From IMG/VR virus record IMGVR_UViG_2917886563_000007: 64,000 bases of DNA. One strand, written 5' to 3'. The position numbers were made by a program, and so were the translations under genes. Of this stretch, positions 33,902 through 43,650 are shown in pieces (positions within the stretch are counted from its first letter, which is position 1; every line of letters begins with the position of its first letter). The notes below the pieces were generated by a model. That model did no database searches. It was not told where the DNA came from and saw only the letters and a program-made list of their open reading frames with translations. Source of the stretch: a virus (Duplodnaviria > Heunggongvirae > Uroviricota > Caudoviricetes).

Positions 33902-34234
33902 ATGACGAGCAAAGAAACCTTTACCCATTACCAGCCGCTGGGCAACAGTGACCCGGCTCATACCGCAACCGCACCCGGCGGATTGAGTGCGAAAGCGCCT
34001 GCAATGACCCCGCTGATGCTGGACACCGCCACCCGTAAGCTGGTTGCGTGGGATGGCACCACCGACGGTGCTGCCGTTGGCATTCTTGCGGTTGCTGCTG
34101 ACCAGACCAGCACCACGCTGACGTTCTACAAGTCCGGCACGTTCCGTTATGAGGATGTGCTCTGGCCGGAGGCTGCCAGCGACGAGACGAAAAAACGGAC
34201 CGCGTTTGCCGGAACGGCAATCAGCATCGTTTAA
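33902..34234 (+). CDS. D: Head decoration protein D
   Basis: [42 protein letters not shown]... as lambda gpD. Confidence 0.95.
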   Translation: MTSKETFTHYQPLGNSDPAHTATAPGGLSAKAPAMTPLMLDTATRKLVAWDGTTDGAAVGILAVAADQTSTTLTFYKSGTFRYEDVLWPEAASDETKKRTAFAGTAISIV

Positions 34235-34288
34235 CTTTACCCTTCATCAACAAAGGCCGCCTGTGCGGCTTTTTTACGGGATTTTTTT

Positions 34289-35314
34289 ATGTCGATGTAC
34301 ACAACCGCCCAGCTGCTGGCGGCAAATGAGCAGAAATTTAAGTTTGATCCGCTGTTTCTGCGTCTCTTTTTCCGTGAAAGCTATCCCTTCACCACGGAGA
34401 AAGTCTATCTCTCACAAATTCCGGGACTGGTAAACATGGCGCTGTACGTTTCGCCGATTGTTTCCGGTGAGGTTATCCGTTCCCGTGGCGGCTCCACCTC
34501 TGAATTTACGCCGGGATATGTCAAACCCAAGCATGAAGTGAATCCGCAGATGACCCTGCGTCGCCTGCCGGATGAAGATCCGCAGAATCTGGCGGATCCG
34601 GCTTACCGTCGCCGTCGCATCATCATGCAGAACATGCGTGACGAAGAGCTGGCCATTGCCCAGGTCGAAGAGATGCAGGCAGTTTCTGCCGTGCTTAAGG
34701 GCAAATACACCATGACCGGTGAAGCCTTCGATCCGGTTGAGGTGGATATGGGCCGCAGTGCGGCGAATAACATCACGCAGTCCGGCGGCACGGAGTGGAG
34801 CAAGCGTGACAAGTCCACGTATGACCCGACCGACGATATCGAAGCCTACGCGCTGAACGCCAGCGGTGTGGTGAATATCATAGTGTTCGATCCGAAAGGC
34901 TGGGCGCTGTTCCGTTCCTTCAAAGCCGTCAGGGAGAAGCTGGATACCCGTCGCGGCTCTCATTCCGAGCTGGAGACAGCGGTGAAAGACCTGGGTAAAG
35001 CGGTGTCCTATAAGGGGATGTATGGCGATGTGGCCATCGTCGTGTATTCCGGACAGTACGTGGAAAACGGTGTCAAAAAGAACTTCCTGCCGGACAACAC
35101 GATGGTGCTTGGGAACACTCAGGCACGCGGTCTGCGCACCTATGGCTGTATTCAGGATGCGGATGCATTGAGTGAGGGTATTAATGCGTCTCCTCGTTAT
35201 CCGAAAAACTGGAAGACATCCGGCGATCCGGCGCGTGAGTTCACCATGATTCAGTCAGCACCGCTGATGCTGCTGGCTGATCCTGATGAGTTCGTGTCCG
35301 TACAACTGGCGTAA
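34289..35314 (+). CDS. E: Major capsid protein E
   Basis: 341 aa MSMYTTAQLLAANEQKFKFDPLFLRLFFRESYPFTTEKVYL... as lambda gpE. Confidence 0.97.
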   Translation: MSMYTTAQLLAANEQKFKFDPLFLRLFFRESYPFTTEKVYLSQIPGLVNMALYVSPIVSGEVIRSRGGSTSEFTPGYVKPKHEVNPQMTLRRLPDEDPQNLADPAYRRRRIIMQNMRDEELAIAQVEEMQAVSAVLKGKYTMTGEAFDPVEVDMGRSAANNITQSGGTEWSKRDKSTYDPTDDIEAYALNASGVVNIIVFDPKGWALFRSFKAVREKLDTRRGSHSELETAVKDLGKAVSYKGMYGDVAIVVYSGQYVENGVKKNFLPDNTMVLGNTQARGLRTYGCIQDADALSEGINASPRYPKNWKTSGDPAREFTMIQSAPLMLLADPDEFVSVQLA

Positions 35315-35355
35315 TCATGGCCCTTCGGGGCCATTTTCTCTCTGTGGAGGAGTCC

Positions 35356-35754
35356 ATGACGAAAGATGAACTGATTGCCCGTCTCCGCTCGCTGGGTGAA
35401 CAACTGAACCGTGATGTCAGCCTGACGGGGACGAAAGAAGAACTGGCGCTCCGTGTGGCAGAGCTGGAAGAGGAGCTTGATGACACGAGTGATATTGCCG
35501 TTCAGGATACCCTTCTCAGCCCGGAAAATGCGCTGACCGGACATGAAAATGAGGTGGTATCAGCGCAGCCGGATACTGTGATTCAGGATACGGCTGAACT
35601 GGTCACGGTCGTGGCACTGGTGACGCTGCATACTGATGCACTTCACGCCATCCGGGATGAACCTGTGGCATTTGTGCTGCCGGGAACGGCGTTCCGTGTC
35701 TCTGCCGGTGTGGCAGCCGAAATGACAGAGCGCGGCCTGGCCAGAATGCAATAA
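35356..35754 (+). CDS. FI: DNA packaging protein FI
   Basis: MTKDELIARLRSLGEQLNRDVSLTGTKEELALRVAELEEELDD as lambda FI. Confidence 0.9.
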   Translation: MTKDELIARLRSLGEQLNRDVSLTGTKEELALRVAELEEELDDTSDIAVQDTLLSPENALTGHENEVVSAQPDTVIQDTAELVTVVALVTLHTDALHAIRDEPVAFVLPGTAFRVSAGVAAEMTERGLARMQ

Positions 35755-35765
35755 CGGGAGGCGCT

Positions 35766-36119
35766 GTGGCTGATTTCGATAACCTGTTCGATGCTGCCAT
35801 TGCCCACGCCGATGAAACGATACGCGGGTACATGGGAACGTCAGCCACCATTACATCCGGTGAGCAGTCCGGTGCTGTAATACGTGGTGTTTTTGATGAC
35901 CCTGAAAATATCAGCTATGCCGGTCCTGGCGTGCGCGTTGAAGGCTCCAGCCCGTCCCTGTTTGTCCGGACTGATGATGTGCGGCAGCTGCGGCGTGGAG
36001 ACACGCTGACCATCGGTGAGGAAAACTTCTGGGTAGACCGGGTTTCGCCGGATGATGGCGGAAGTTGTCATCTCTGGCTTGGGCGTGGCGTGCCGCCTGC
36101 CGTTAACCGTCGCCGCTGA
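35766..36119 (+). CDS. FII: Head completion protein FII
   Basis: 117 aa MADFDNLFDAAIAHADETIRGYMGTSATITSGEQSGAVIRGVFDD as lambda FII. Confidence 0.9.
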   Translation: MADFDNLFDAAIAHADETIRGYMGTSATITSGEQSGAVIRGVFDDPENISYAGPGVRVEGSSPSLFVRTDDVRQLRRGDTLTIGEENFWVDRVSPDDGGSCHLWLGRGVPPAVNRRR

Positions 36120-36130
36120 AAGGGGGATGC

Positions 36131-36709
36131 ATGGCCATAAAAGGTCTTGAGCAGGCCGTTGAAAACCTCAGCCGTATCAGCAAAACGGCGGTGCCCGGTG
36201 CCGCCGCAATGGCCATTAACCGCGTTGCTTCATCCGCGATATCGCAGTCGGCGTCACAGGTTGCCCGTGAGACAAAGGTACGCCGGAAACTGGTAAAGGA
36301 AAGGGCCAGGCTGAAAAGGGCCACGGTCAAAAATCCGCAGGCCAGAATCAAAGTTAACCGGGGGGATTTGCCCGTAATCAAGCTGGGTAATGCGCGGGTT
36401 GTCCTGTCCCGCCGCAGGCGTCGTAAAAAGGGGCAGCGTTCATCCCTGAAAGGTGGCGGTAGCGTGCTTGTGGTGGGTAACCGTCGTATTCCCGGCGCGT
36501 TTATTCAGCAACTGAAAAATGGCCGGTGGCATGTCATGCAGCGTGTGGCCGGGAAAAACCGTTACCCCATTGATGTGGTGAAAATCCCGATGGCGGTGCC
36601 GCTGACCACGGCGTTTAAACAGAATATTGAGCGGATACGGCGTGAGCGTCTTCCGAAAGAGCTGGGCTATGCGCTGCAGCATCAACTGAGAATGGTAATA
36701 AAGCGATGA
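36131..36709 (+). CDS. Z: Tail completion protein Z
   Basis: 192 aa in the lambda Z position. Confidence 0.9.
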   Translation: MAIKGLEQAVENLSRISKTAVPGAAAMAINRVASSAISQSASQVARETKVRRKLVKERARLKRATVKNPQARIKVNRGDLPVIKLGNARVVLSRRRRRKKGQRSSLKGGGSVLVVGNRRIPGAFIQQLKNGRWHVMQRVAGKNRYPIDVVKIPMAVPLTTAFKQNIERIRRERLPKELGYALQHQLRMVIKR

Positions 36710-37101
36710 AACATACTGAACTCCGTGCAGCCGTACTGGATGCACTGGAGAAGCATGACACCGGGGCGACGCTTTTTGATGGTCGCCCCGCTGTTTTTGA
36801 TGAGGAAGATTTTCCGGCAATTGCCGTTTATCTCACCGGCGCTGAATACACGGGCGAAGAGCTGGACAGCGATACCTGGCAGGCGGAGCTGCATATTGAA
36901 GTTTTCCTGCCTGCTCAGGTGCCGGATTCAGAGCTGGATTCGTGGATGGAGTCCCGGATTTATCCGGTGATGAGCGATATCCCGGCACTGTCAGAGTTGA
37001 TCACCAGTATGGTGGCCAGTGGCTATGACTACCGACGCGACGATGATGCGGGCCTGTGGAGTTCAGCCGATCTGACTTATGTCATTACCTATGAAATGTG
37101 A
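36706..37101 (+). CDS. U: Tail terminator protein U
   Basis: 131 aa [56 protein letters not shown] as lambda U. Confidence 0.9.
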   Translation: MKHTELRAAVLDALEKHDTGATLFDGRPAVFDEEDFPAIAVYLTGAEYTGEELDSDTWQAELHIEVFLPAQVPDSELDSWMESRIYPVMSDIPALSELITSMVASGYDYRRDDDAGLWSSADLTYVITYEM

Positions 37102-37108
37102 GGACGCT

Positions 37109-37849
37109 ATGCCTGTACCAAATCCTACAATGCCGGTGAAAGGTGCCGGGACCACACTGTGGGTTTATAAGGGGAACGGTGACCCTTATGCGAACCCACT
37201 TTCAGACGTTGACTGGTCGCGTCTGGCAAAAGTTAAAGACCTGACGCCCGGCGAACTGACCGCTGAGTCCTATGACGACAGCTATCTCGATGATGAAGAT
37301 GCAGACTGGACTGCGACCGGGCAGGGGCAGAAATCAGCCGGAGATACCAGCTTCACGCTGGCGTGGATGCCCGGAGAGCAGGGGCAGCAGGCGCTGCTGG
37401 CGTGGTTTAATGAAGGTGATACCCGTGCCTATAAAATCCGCTTCCCGAACGGCACGGTCGATGTGTTCCGTGGCTGGGTCAGCAGTATCGGTAAAGCGGT
37501 GACGGCTAAGGAAGTGATTACCCGCACGGTGAAGGTCACCAATGTGGGACGTCCGTCGATGGCAGAAGATCGCAGCACGGTGACGGCGGCCACCGGCATG
37601 ACGGTGACACCCGCCAGTGCTTCCGTAGTGAAAGGGCAGAGCACTACGCTGACCGTGGCATTCCAGCCGGAGGGCGCAACCGACAAGAGCTTCCGTGCGG
37701 TGTCTGCGGATAAAACAAAAGCCACCGTGTCGGTCAGCGGTATGACCATCACCGTGAACGGCGTTGCTGCAGGCAAGGTCAACATTCCGGTTGTCTCCGG
37801 TAATGGTGAGTTTGCTGCGGTTGCAGAAATCACCGTCACCGCCAGTTAA
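37109..37849 (+). CDS. V: Major tail protein V
   Basis: Start [22 protein letters not shown] as lambda V; C-terminal Big_2-like domain. Confidence 0.95.
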   Translation: MPVPNPTMPVKGAGTTLWVYKGNGDPYANPLSDVDWSRLAKVKDLTPGELTAESYDDSYLDDEDADWTATGQGQKSAGDTSFTLAWMPGEQGQQALLAWFNEGDTRAYKIRFPNGTVDVFRGWVSSIGKAVTAKEVITRTVKVTNVGRPSMAEDRSTVTAATGMTVTPASASVVKGQSTTLTVAFQPEGATDKSFRAVSADKTKATVSVSGMTITVNGVAAGKVNIPVVSGNGEFAAVAEITVTAS

Positions 37850-37864
37850 TCCGGAGAGTCAGCG

Positions 37865-38278
37865 ATGTTCCTGAAAACCGAATCATTTGAATATAACGGC
37901 GTGACCGTCACGCTTTCTGAACTGTCAGCCCTGCAGCGTATTGAGCATCTTGCCCTGATGAAACAGCAGGCAGAATCCGACAGTAACCGGAAGTTTACTG
38001 TGGAAGACGTCATCAGAACCGGCGCTTTTGTGGTGGCGATGTCTCTGTGGCATAACCATCCGAAGAAGACGCAGATGCCGTCCATGAATGAAGCCGTTAA
38101 ACAGATTGAGCAGGAAGTGCTTACCACCTGGCCCACAGAGGCAATTTCTCATGCTGAAAACGTGGTGTACCGGCTGTCCGGTATGTATGAGTTTGTGGTG
38201 AATAATGCCCCTGAACAGGCAGAGGACGCCGGGCCTGCAGAGCCTGTTTCTGCGGGAAAGTGTTCGACGGTGAGCTGA
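37865..38278 (+). CDS. G: Tail assembly chaperone G
   Basis: 137 aa MFLKTESFEYNGVTVTLSELSALQRIEHLALMKQQAES as lambda G. Confidence 0.9.
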   Translation: MFLKTESFEYNGVTVTLSELSALQRIEHLALMKQQAESDSNRKFTVEDVIRTGAFVVAMSLWHNHPKKTQMPSMNEAVKQIEQEVLTTWPTEAISHAENVVYRLSGMYEFVVNNAPEQAEDAGPAEPVSAGKCSTVS

Positions 38279-38694
38279 GTTTTGCCCTGAAACTGGCGCG
38301 TGAGATGGGGCGACCCGACTGGCGCGCCATGCTTGCCGGGATGTCATCCACGGAGTATGCCGACTGGCACCGTTTTTACAGCACCCATTATTTTCATGAT
38401 GTTCTGCTGGATATGCACTTTTCCGGGCTGACGTACACCGTGCTCAGCCTGTTTTTCAGCGATCCGGATATGCATCCGCTGGATTTCAGTCTGCTGAACC
38501 GGCGCGAGGCTGACGAAGAGCCTGAAGATGATGTGCTGATGCAGAAAGCGGCAGGGCTTGCCGGAGGCGTTCGTTTTGGCCCGGACGGGAATGAAGTTAT
38601 CCCCGCTTCCCCGGATGTGGCGGACATGACGGAGGATGACGTAATGCTGATGACAGTATCAGAAGGGATCGCAGGAGGAGTCCGGTATGGCTGA
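38254..38694 (+). CDS. T: T portion of the G-T tail assembly chaperone, made by programmed -1 frameshift from G
   Basis: Slippery heptamer GGGAAAG at 38254-38260 near the end of G; overlapping ORF in the -1 frame extends to 38694. Confidence 0.8.
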   Translation, partial: GKVFDGELSFALKLAREMGRPDWRAMLAGMSSTEYADWHRFYSTHYFHDVLLDMHFSGLTYTVLSLFFSDPDMHPLDFSLLNRREADEEPEDDVLMQKAAGLAGGVRFGPDGNEVIPASPDVADMTEDDVMLMTVSEGIAGGVRYG

Positions 38695-41248
38695 ACCGGT
38701 AGGCGATCTGGTCGTTGATTTAAGTCTGGATGCGGCCAGATTTGACGAGCAGATGGCCAGAGTCAGGCGTCATTTTTCCGGTACGGAAACTGATGCGAAA
38801 AAAACAGCGGCAGTCGTTGAACAGTCAATGAACCGGCAGGCGCTGGCTGCACAGAAAGCGGGGATTTCCGTCGGGCAGTATAAAGCCGCCATGCGTATGC
38901 TGCCTGCGCAGTTCACCGACGTGGCCACGCAGCTTGCAGGCGGGCAAAGTCCGTGGCTGATCCTGCTGCAACAGGGTGGTCAGGTGAAGGACTCCTTCGG
39001 CGGGATGATCCCCATGTTCAGGGGGCTTGCCGGTGCGATCACCCTGCCGATGGTCGGGGCCACCTCGCTGGCGGTGGTGACCGGTGCGCTGGCGTATGCC
39101 TGGTATCAGGGCAACTCAACCCTGTCCGATTTCAACAAAACGCTGGTCCTTTCCGGCAATCAGTCGGGTCTGACGGCAGATCGTATGCTGGTCCTGTCCA
39201 GAGCAGGGCAGGCGGCAGGGCTGACGTTTAACCAGACCAGCGAGTCACTCAGCGCACTGGTTAAGGCGGGGGTAAGCGGTGAGGCTCAGATTGCGTCCAT
39301 CAGCCAGAGTGTGGCGCGTTTCTCCTCTGCATCCGGCGTGGAGGTGGACAAGGTCGCTGAAGCCTTCGGGAAGCTGACCACAGACCCGACGTCAGGGCTG
39401 ACAGCGATGGCGCGCCAGTTCCATAACGTGACGGCGGAGCAGATTGCGTATGTTGCTCAGTTGCAGCGTTCCGGCGATGAAGCCGGGGCATTGCAGGCGG
39501 CGAACGAGGCCGCAACGAAAGGGTTTGATGACCAGACCCGACGCCTGAAAGAGAACATGGGCACGCTGGAAACCTGGGCAGACAGGACAGCACGGGCATT
39601 CAAATCCATGTGGGATGCGGTGCTGGATATTGGTCGTCCTGATACCGCTCAGGAGATGCTGATTAAGGCAGAGGCTGCGTTTAAGAAAGCGGACGACATC
39701 TGGAATCTGCGCAAGGATGATTATTTTGTTAACGATGAAGCGCGGGCGCGTTACTGGGATGATCGTGAAAAGGCCCGTCTTGCGCTTGAAGCCGCCCGAA
39801 AGAAGGCTGAACAGCAGAGTCAACAGGACAAAAATGCGCAGCAGCAGAGCGATACCGAAGCGTCACGGCTGAAATATACCGAAGAGGCGCAGAAGGCTTA
39901 CGAACGGCTGCAGACGCCGCTGGAGAAATATACCGCCCGTCAGGAAGAACTGAACAAGGCACTGAAAGACGGGAAAATCCTGCAGGCAGATTACAACACG
40001 CTGATGGCGGCGGCGAAAAAGGATTATGAAGCGACGCTGAAAAAGCCGAAACAGTCCGGCGTGAAGGTGTCTGCGGGCGATCGTCAGGAAGACAATGCTC
40101 ATGCTGCCCTGCTGACGCTTCAGGCAGAACTCCGGACACTGGAGAAGCATGCCGGAGCGAATGAGAAAATCAGCCAGCAGCGCCGGGATTTGTGGAAGGC
40201 AGAAAGTCAGTTCGCGGTACTGGAGGAGGCAGCACAACGTCGCCAGCTGTCCGCACAGGAGAAATCCCTGCTGGCGCATAAAGACGAGACGCTGGAGTAC
40301 AAACGCCAGCTGGCTGCACTTGGCGATAAGGTCACGTATCAGGAGCACCTGAATGCGCTGGCGCAGCAGGCGGATAAATTCGCACAGCAACAACGGGCAA
40401 AACGGGCAGCCATTGAGGCGAAAAACCGGGGGCTGACTGACCGGCAGGCAGCGCGGGACGCCACGGAACAGCGCCTGAAGGAACAGTATGGCGATAATCC
40501 GCTGGCGCTGAATAGCGTCATGTCAGAGCAGAGAAAGACCTGGGCGGCTGAAGACCAGCTTCGTGGAAGCTGGATGGCAGGCCTGAAGTCCGGCTGGAGC
40601 GAGTGGAAAGAGAGCGCCACGGACAGTATGTCGCAGGTTAAAAGTGCTGCCACGCAGACCTTTGATGGTATTGCGCAGAATATGGCGGCGATGCTGACCG
40701 GCAGTGAGCAGAACTGGCGCAGCTTCACCCGTTCCGTGCTGTCCATGATGACAGAAATTCTGCTTAAGCAGGCAATGGTGGGGATTGTCGGGAGTATCGG
40801 CAGCGCCATTGGCGGGGCTGTTGGTGGCGGCGCATCAGCATCAGGCGGTACAGCCATTCAGGCCGCTGCGGCGAAATTCCATTTTGCGACCGGGGGATTT
40901 ACGGGAACCGGCGGCAAATATGAGCCAGCGGGGATTGTTCACCGTGGTGAATTTGTCTTCACGAAGGAGGCAACCAGCCGGATTGGCGTGGGGAATCTCT
41001 ACCGGCTGATGCGCGGCTATGCCACCGGTGGTTATGTCGGTACACCGGGCAGCCTGGCGGACAGCCGGTCGCAGGCGTCCGGGAAGTTTGAGCAGAATAA
41101 CCATGTGGTGATTAATAACGACGGCACGAACGGTCAGATAGGGCCACAGGCGCTGAAGGCTGTTTATGACGTAGCCCGTAAGGCGGCAATGGATGTCGTG
41201 ACCGGGCAGATGCGTGATGGTGGTCTGTTCTCCGGAGGTGGGCGATGA
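38687..41248 (+). CDS. H: Tail tape measure protein H
   Basis: 853 aa, same length and position as lambda gpH. Confidence 0.95.
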   Translation: MAEPVGDLVVDLSLDAARFDEQMARVRRHFSGTETDAKKTAAVVEQSMNRQALAAQKAGISVGQYKAAMRMLPAQFTDVATQLAGGQSPWLILLQQGGQVKDSFGGMIPMFRGLAGAITLPMVGATSLAVVTGALAYAWYQGNSTLSDFNKTLVLSGNQSGLTADRMLVLSRAGQAAGLTFNQTSESLSALVKAGVSGEAQIASISQSVARFSSASGVEVDKVAEAFGKLTTDPTSGLTAMARQFHNVTAEQIAYVAQLQRSGDEAGALQAANEAATKGFDDQTRRLKENMGTLETWADRTARAFKSMWDAVLDIGRPDTAQEMLIKAEAAFKKADDIWNLRKDDYFVNDEARARYWDDREKARLALEAARKKAEQQSQQDKNAQQQSDTEASRLKYTEEAQKAYERLQTPLEKYTARQEELNKALKDGKILQADYNTLMAAAKKDYEATLKKPKQSGVKVSAGDRQEDNAHAALLTLQAELRTLEKHAGANEKISQQRRDLWKAESQFAVLEEAAQRRQLSAQEKSLLAHKDETLEYKRQLAALGDKVTYQEHLNALAQQADKFAQQQRAKRAAIEAKNRGLTDRQAARDATEQRLKEQYGDNPLALNSVMSEQRKTWAAEDQLRGSWMAGLKSGWSEWKESATDSMSQVKSAATQTFDGIAQNMAAMLTGSEQNWRSFTRSVLSMMTEILLKQAMVGIVGSIGSAIGGAVGGGASASGGTAIQAAAAKFHFATGGFTGTGGKYEPAGIVHRGEFVFTKEATSRIGVGNLYRLMRGYATGGYVGTPGSLADSRSQASGKFEQNNHVVINNDGTNGQIGPQALKAVYDVARKAAMDVVTGQMRDGGLFSGGGR

Positions 41249-41574
41249 AAACCTTCCGCTGGAAAGTGAAACCGGGTATGGATGTGGCTTCGGCTCCTTC
41301 CGTCAGGGAGGTGCGCTTTGGTGATGGTTACTCCCAGCGCGCGCCTGCCGGGCTGAATGCCAACCTGAAAACGTACAACGTGACGATTTCTGTTCCCCGT
41401 TGGGAGGCCACGGCGCTGGAATCGTTTCTGGCAGAGCACGGAGGCTGGAAAGCCTTTCTGTGGACGCCGCCTTATGACTGGCGGCAGATAAAGGTGACCT
41501 GCGCAAAATGGACGTCGCGGGTCAGTATGCTGCGTGTTGAGTTCAGCGCAGAGTTTAAGCAGGTGGTGAACTGA
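41245..41574 (+). CDS. M: Tail tip protein M
   Basis: 109 aa in the lambda M position. Confidence 0.9.
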   Translation: MKTFRWKVKPGMDVASAPSVREVRFGDGYSQRAPAGLNANLKTYNVTISVPRWEATALESFLAEHGGWKAFLWTPPYDWRQIKVTCAKWTSRVSMLRVEFSAEFKQVVN

Positions 41575-42272
41575 TGCAGGATATCCGGCAGGAAACACTG
41601 AATGAATGCACCCGTGCGGAGCAGTCGGCCAGCGTGGTGCTCTGGGAGATCGATCTGACAGAGGTCGGTGGAGAACGTTATTTTTTCTGTAATGAGCAGA
41701 ACGAAAAAGGTGAGCCGGTCACCTGGCAGGGGCGGCAGTATCAGGCGTATCCCATTCAGGGGAGCGGATTTGAGATGAACGGCAAAGGAGCCAGTGCCAG
41801 ACCAACGCTGAAAGTATCTAATCTGCACGGTATGGTCACCGGGATGGCGGAAGATCTGCAGAGTCTGGTCGGCGGAACGGTGGTCCGGCGTAAGGTTTAC
41901 GCCCGTTTTCTGGATTCGGTGAACTTCGTCAACGGAAACAGTGACGCCGATCCGGAGCAGGAGGTGATCAGCCGCTGGCGCATCGAACAGTGCAGCGAAC
42001 TGAGCGCGGTCAGTGCCTCTTTTGTACTGTCCACACCGACGGAAACGGACGGCGCTGTTTTTCCGGGGCGCATCATGCTGGCCAACACCTGCACCTGGAG
42101 CTATCGCGGTGATGAGTGCGGTTATAACGGTCCGGCTGTCGCGGATGAATATGACCAGCCGACGTCCGATATCACGAAGGATAAATGCAGCAAATGCCTG
42201 AGTGGCTGTAAGTTTCGCAATAATGTCGGCAACTTTGGCGGCTTCCTTTCCATTAACAAACTTTCGCAGTAA
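41574..42272 (+). CDS. L: Tail tip protein L
   Basis: 232 aa in the lambda L position. Confidence 0.9.
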   Translation: MQDIRQETLNECTRAEQSASVVLWEIDLTEVGGERYFFCNEQNEKGEPVTWQGRQYQAYPIQGSGFEMNGKGASARPTLKVSNLHGMVTGMAEDLQSLVGGTVVRRKVYARFLDSVNFVNGNSDADPEQEVISRWRIEQCSELSAVSASFVLSTPTETDGAVFPGRIMLANTCTWSYRGDECGYNGPAVADEYDQPTSDITKDKCSKCLSGCKFRNNVGNFGGFLSINKLSQ

Positions 42273-42277
42273 ATCCC

Positions 42278-43021
42278 ATGACAGAGACAGAATCAGCGAT
42301 TCTGGCGCACGCCCGACGATGTGCGCCAGCGGAGTCGTGCGGCTTCGTAGTGAGAACGCCGGAGGGGGAAAGATATTTTCCCTGCGTGAATATCTCCGGT
42401 GAGCCGGAGGATTATTTCCGGATGTCGCCGGAGGACTGGCTGCGGGCAGAAATGCAGGGTGAGATTGTGGCGCTGGTGCACAGCCATCCCGGTGGTCTGC
42501 CCTGGCTGAGTGAGGCCGACCGGCGGCTGCAGGTGCAGAGTGATTTGCCGTGGTGGCTGGTCTGCCGGGGGGCGATTCACAAGTTCCGCTGTGTGCCGCA
42601 TCTTACCGGGCGGCGCTTTGAGCACAGGGTGACGGACTGTTACACGCTGTTCCGGGACGCTTACCATCTGGCGGGGATTGAGATGCCGGATTTTACTCGC
42701 GAGGATGACTGGTGGCGTAACGGCCAGAATCTCTATCTGGATAATCTGGAGGCCACAGGGCTGTATCAGGTGCCGTTGCCAGCGGCGCAGCCGGGCGATG
42801 TGCTGCTGTGCTGTTTTGGTTCATCGGTGCCGAATCATGCCGCCATTTACTGTGGTGACGGCGAGCTGCTGCACCATATTCCTGAACAACTGAGCAAACG
42901 AGAGAGGTACACCGACAAATGGCAGCGACGCACACACTCCCTCTGGCGTCACCGGGCATGGCACGCATCTGCCTTTACGGGGATTTGCAACGATTTGGCC
43001 GCCGCATCGACCTTCGTGTGA
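42278..43021 (+). CDS. K: Tail tip assembly protein K (JAB/MPN + NlpC/P60-like)
   Basis: MTETESAILAHARRCAPAESCGFVV... with JAMM motif HSHPGGLPWLSEAD as lambda K; 3' end overlaps I. Confidence 0.9.
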   Translation: MTETESAILAHARRCAPAESCGFVVRTPEGERYFPCVNISGEPEDYFRMSPEDWLRAEMQGEIVALVHSHPGGLPWLSEADRRLQVQSDLPWWLVCRGAIHKFRCVPHLTGRRFEHRVTDCYTLFRDAYHLAGIEMPDFTREDDWWRNGQNLYLDNLEATGLYQVPLPAAQPGDVLLCCFGSSVPNHAAIYCGDGELLHHIPEQLSKRERYTDKWQRRTHSLWRHRAWHASAFTGICNDLAAASTFV

Positions 43022-43590
43022 AAACAGGGGCCGAAGCCATCCGGGCGCTGGCCATGCAGATCCCGGCGTTTCGTCAGAAACTGAGCGACGGCTGGTATCA
43101 GGTACGGATTGCCGGGCGGGATGTCAGCACGTCCGGATTAACGGCGCAGTTACATGAGGCTCTGCCTGACGGCGCTGTGATTCATATTGTTCCCAGAGTC
43201 GCAGGGGCCAAGTCAGGTGGCGTATTCCAGATTGTCCTGGGGGCAGCCGCCATTGCCGGATCATTCTTTACCGCCGGAGCCACCCTTGCAGCATGGGGGG
43301 CTGCCATTGGTGCCGGTGGTATGACCGGCATTCTGTTTTCTCTCGGTGCCAGTATGGTGCTCGGCGGTGTGGCTCAGATGCTGGCACCGAAAGCCAGAAC
43401 TTCCCGCATACAGACAACGGATAACGGTAAGCAGAACACCTATTTCTCCTCACTGGATAACATGGTTGCCCAGGGCAATGTTATGCCTGTTCTGTATGGT
43501 GAAATGCGCGTGGGGTCACGGGTGGTATCTCAGGAGATCAGCACGGCAGACGAAGGGGACGGTGGTCAGGTTGTGGTGATTGGTCGCTGA
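42919..43590 (+). CDS. I: Tail tip assembly protein I
   Basis: 223 aa MAATHTLPLASPGMARICLYGDLQRFGRRIDLRV as lambda I. Confidence 0.9.
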   Translation: MAATHTLPLASPGMARICLYGDLQRFGRRIDLRVKTGAEAIRALAMQIPAFRQKLSDGWYQVRIAGRDVSTSGLTAQLHEALPDGAVIHIVPRVAGAKSGGVFQIVLGAAAIAGSFFTAGATLAAWGAAIGAGGMTGILFSLGASMVLGGVAQMLAPKARTSRIQTTDNGKQNTYFSSLDNMVAQGNVMPVLYGEMRVGSRVVSQEISTADEGDGGQVVVIGR

Positions 43591-43650
43591 TGCAAAATGT
43601 TTTATGTGAAACCGCCTCCGGGCGGTTTTGTCGTTTATGGAGCATGACGA

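Noticed and set aside
34412-34963. 183-aa ORF antisense within major capsid gene E
   Set aside because: Embedded antisense in a gene matching lambda gpE essentially end to end.
42278-43021. JAB/MPN metallopeptidase motif (HSHPGGLPWLSEAD) as a possible defence deubiquitinase-like effector
   Set aside because: This is the conserved lambda tail-tip assembly protein K in its normal position between L and I.
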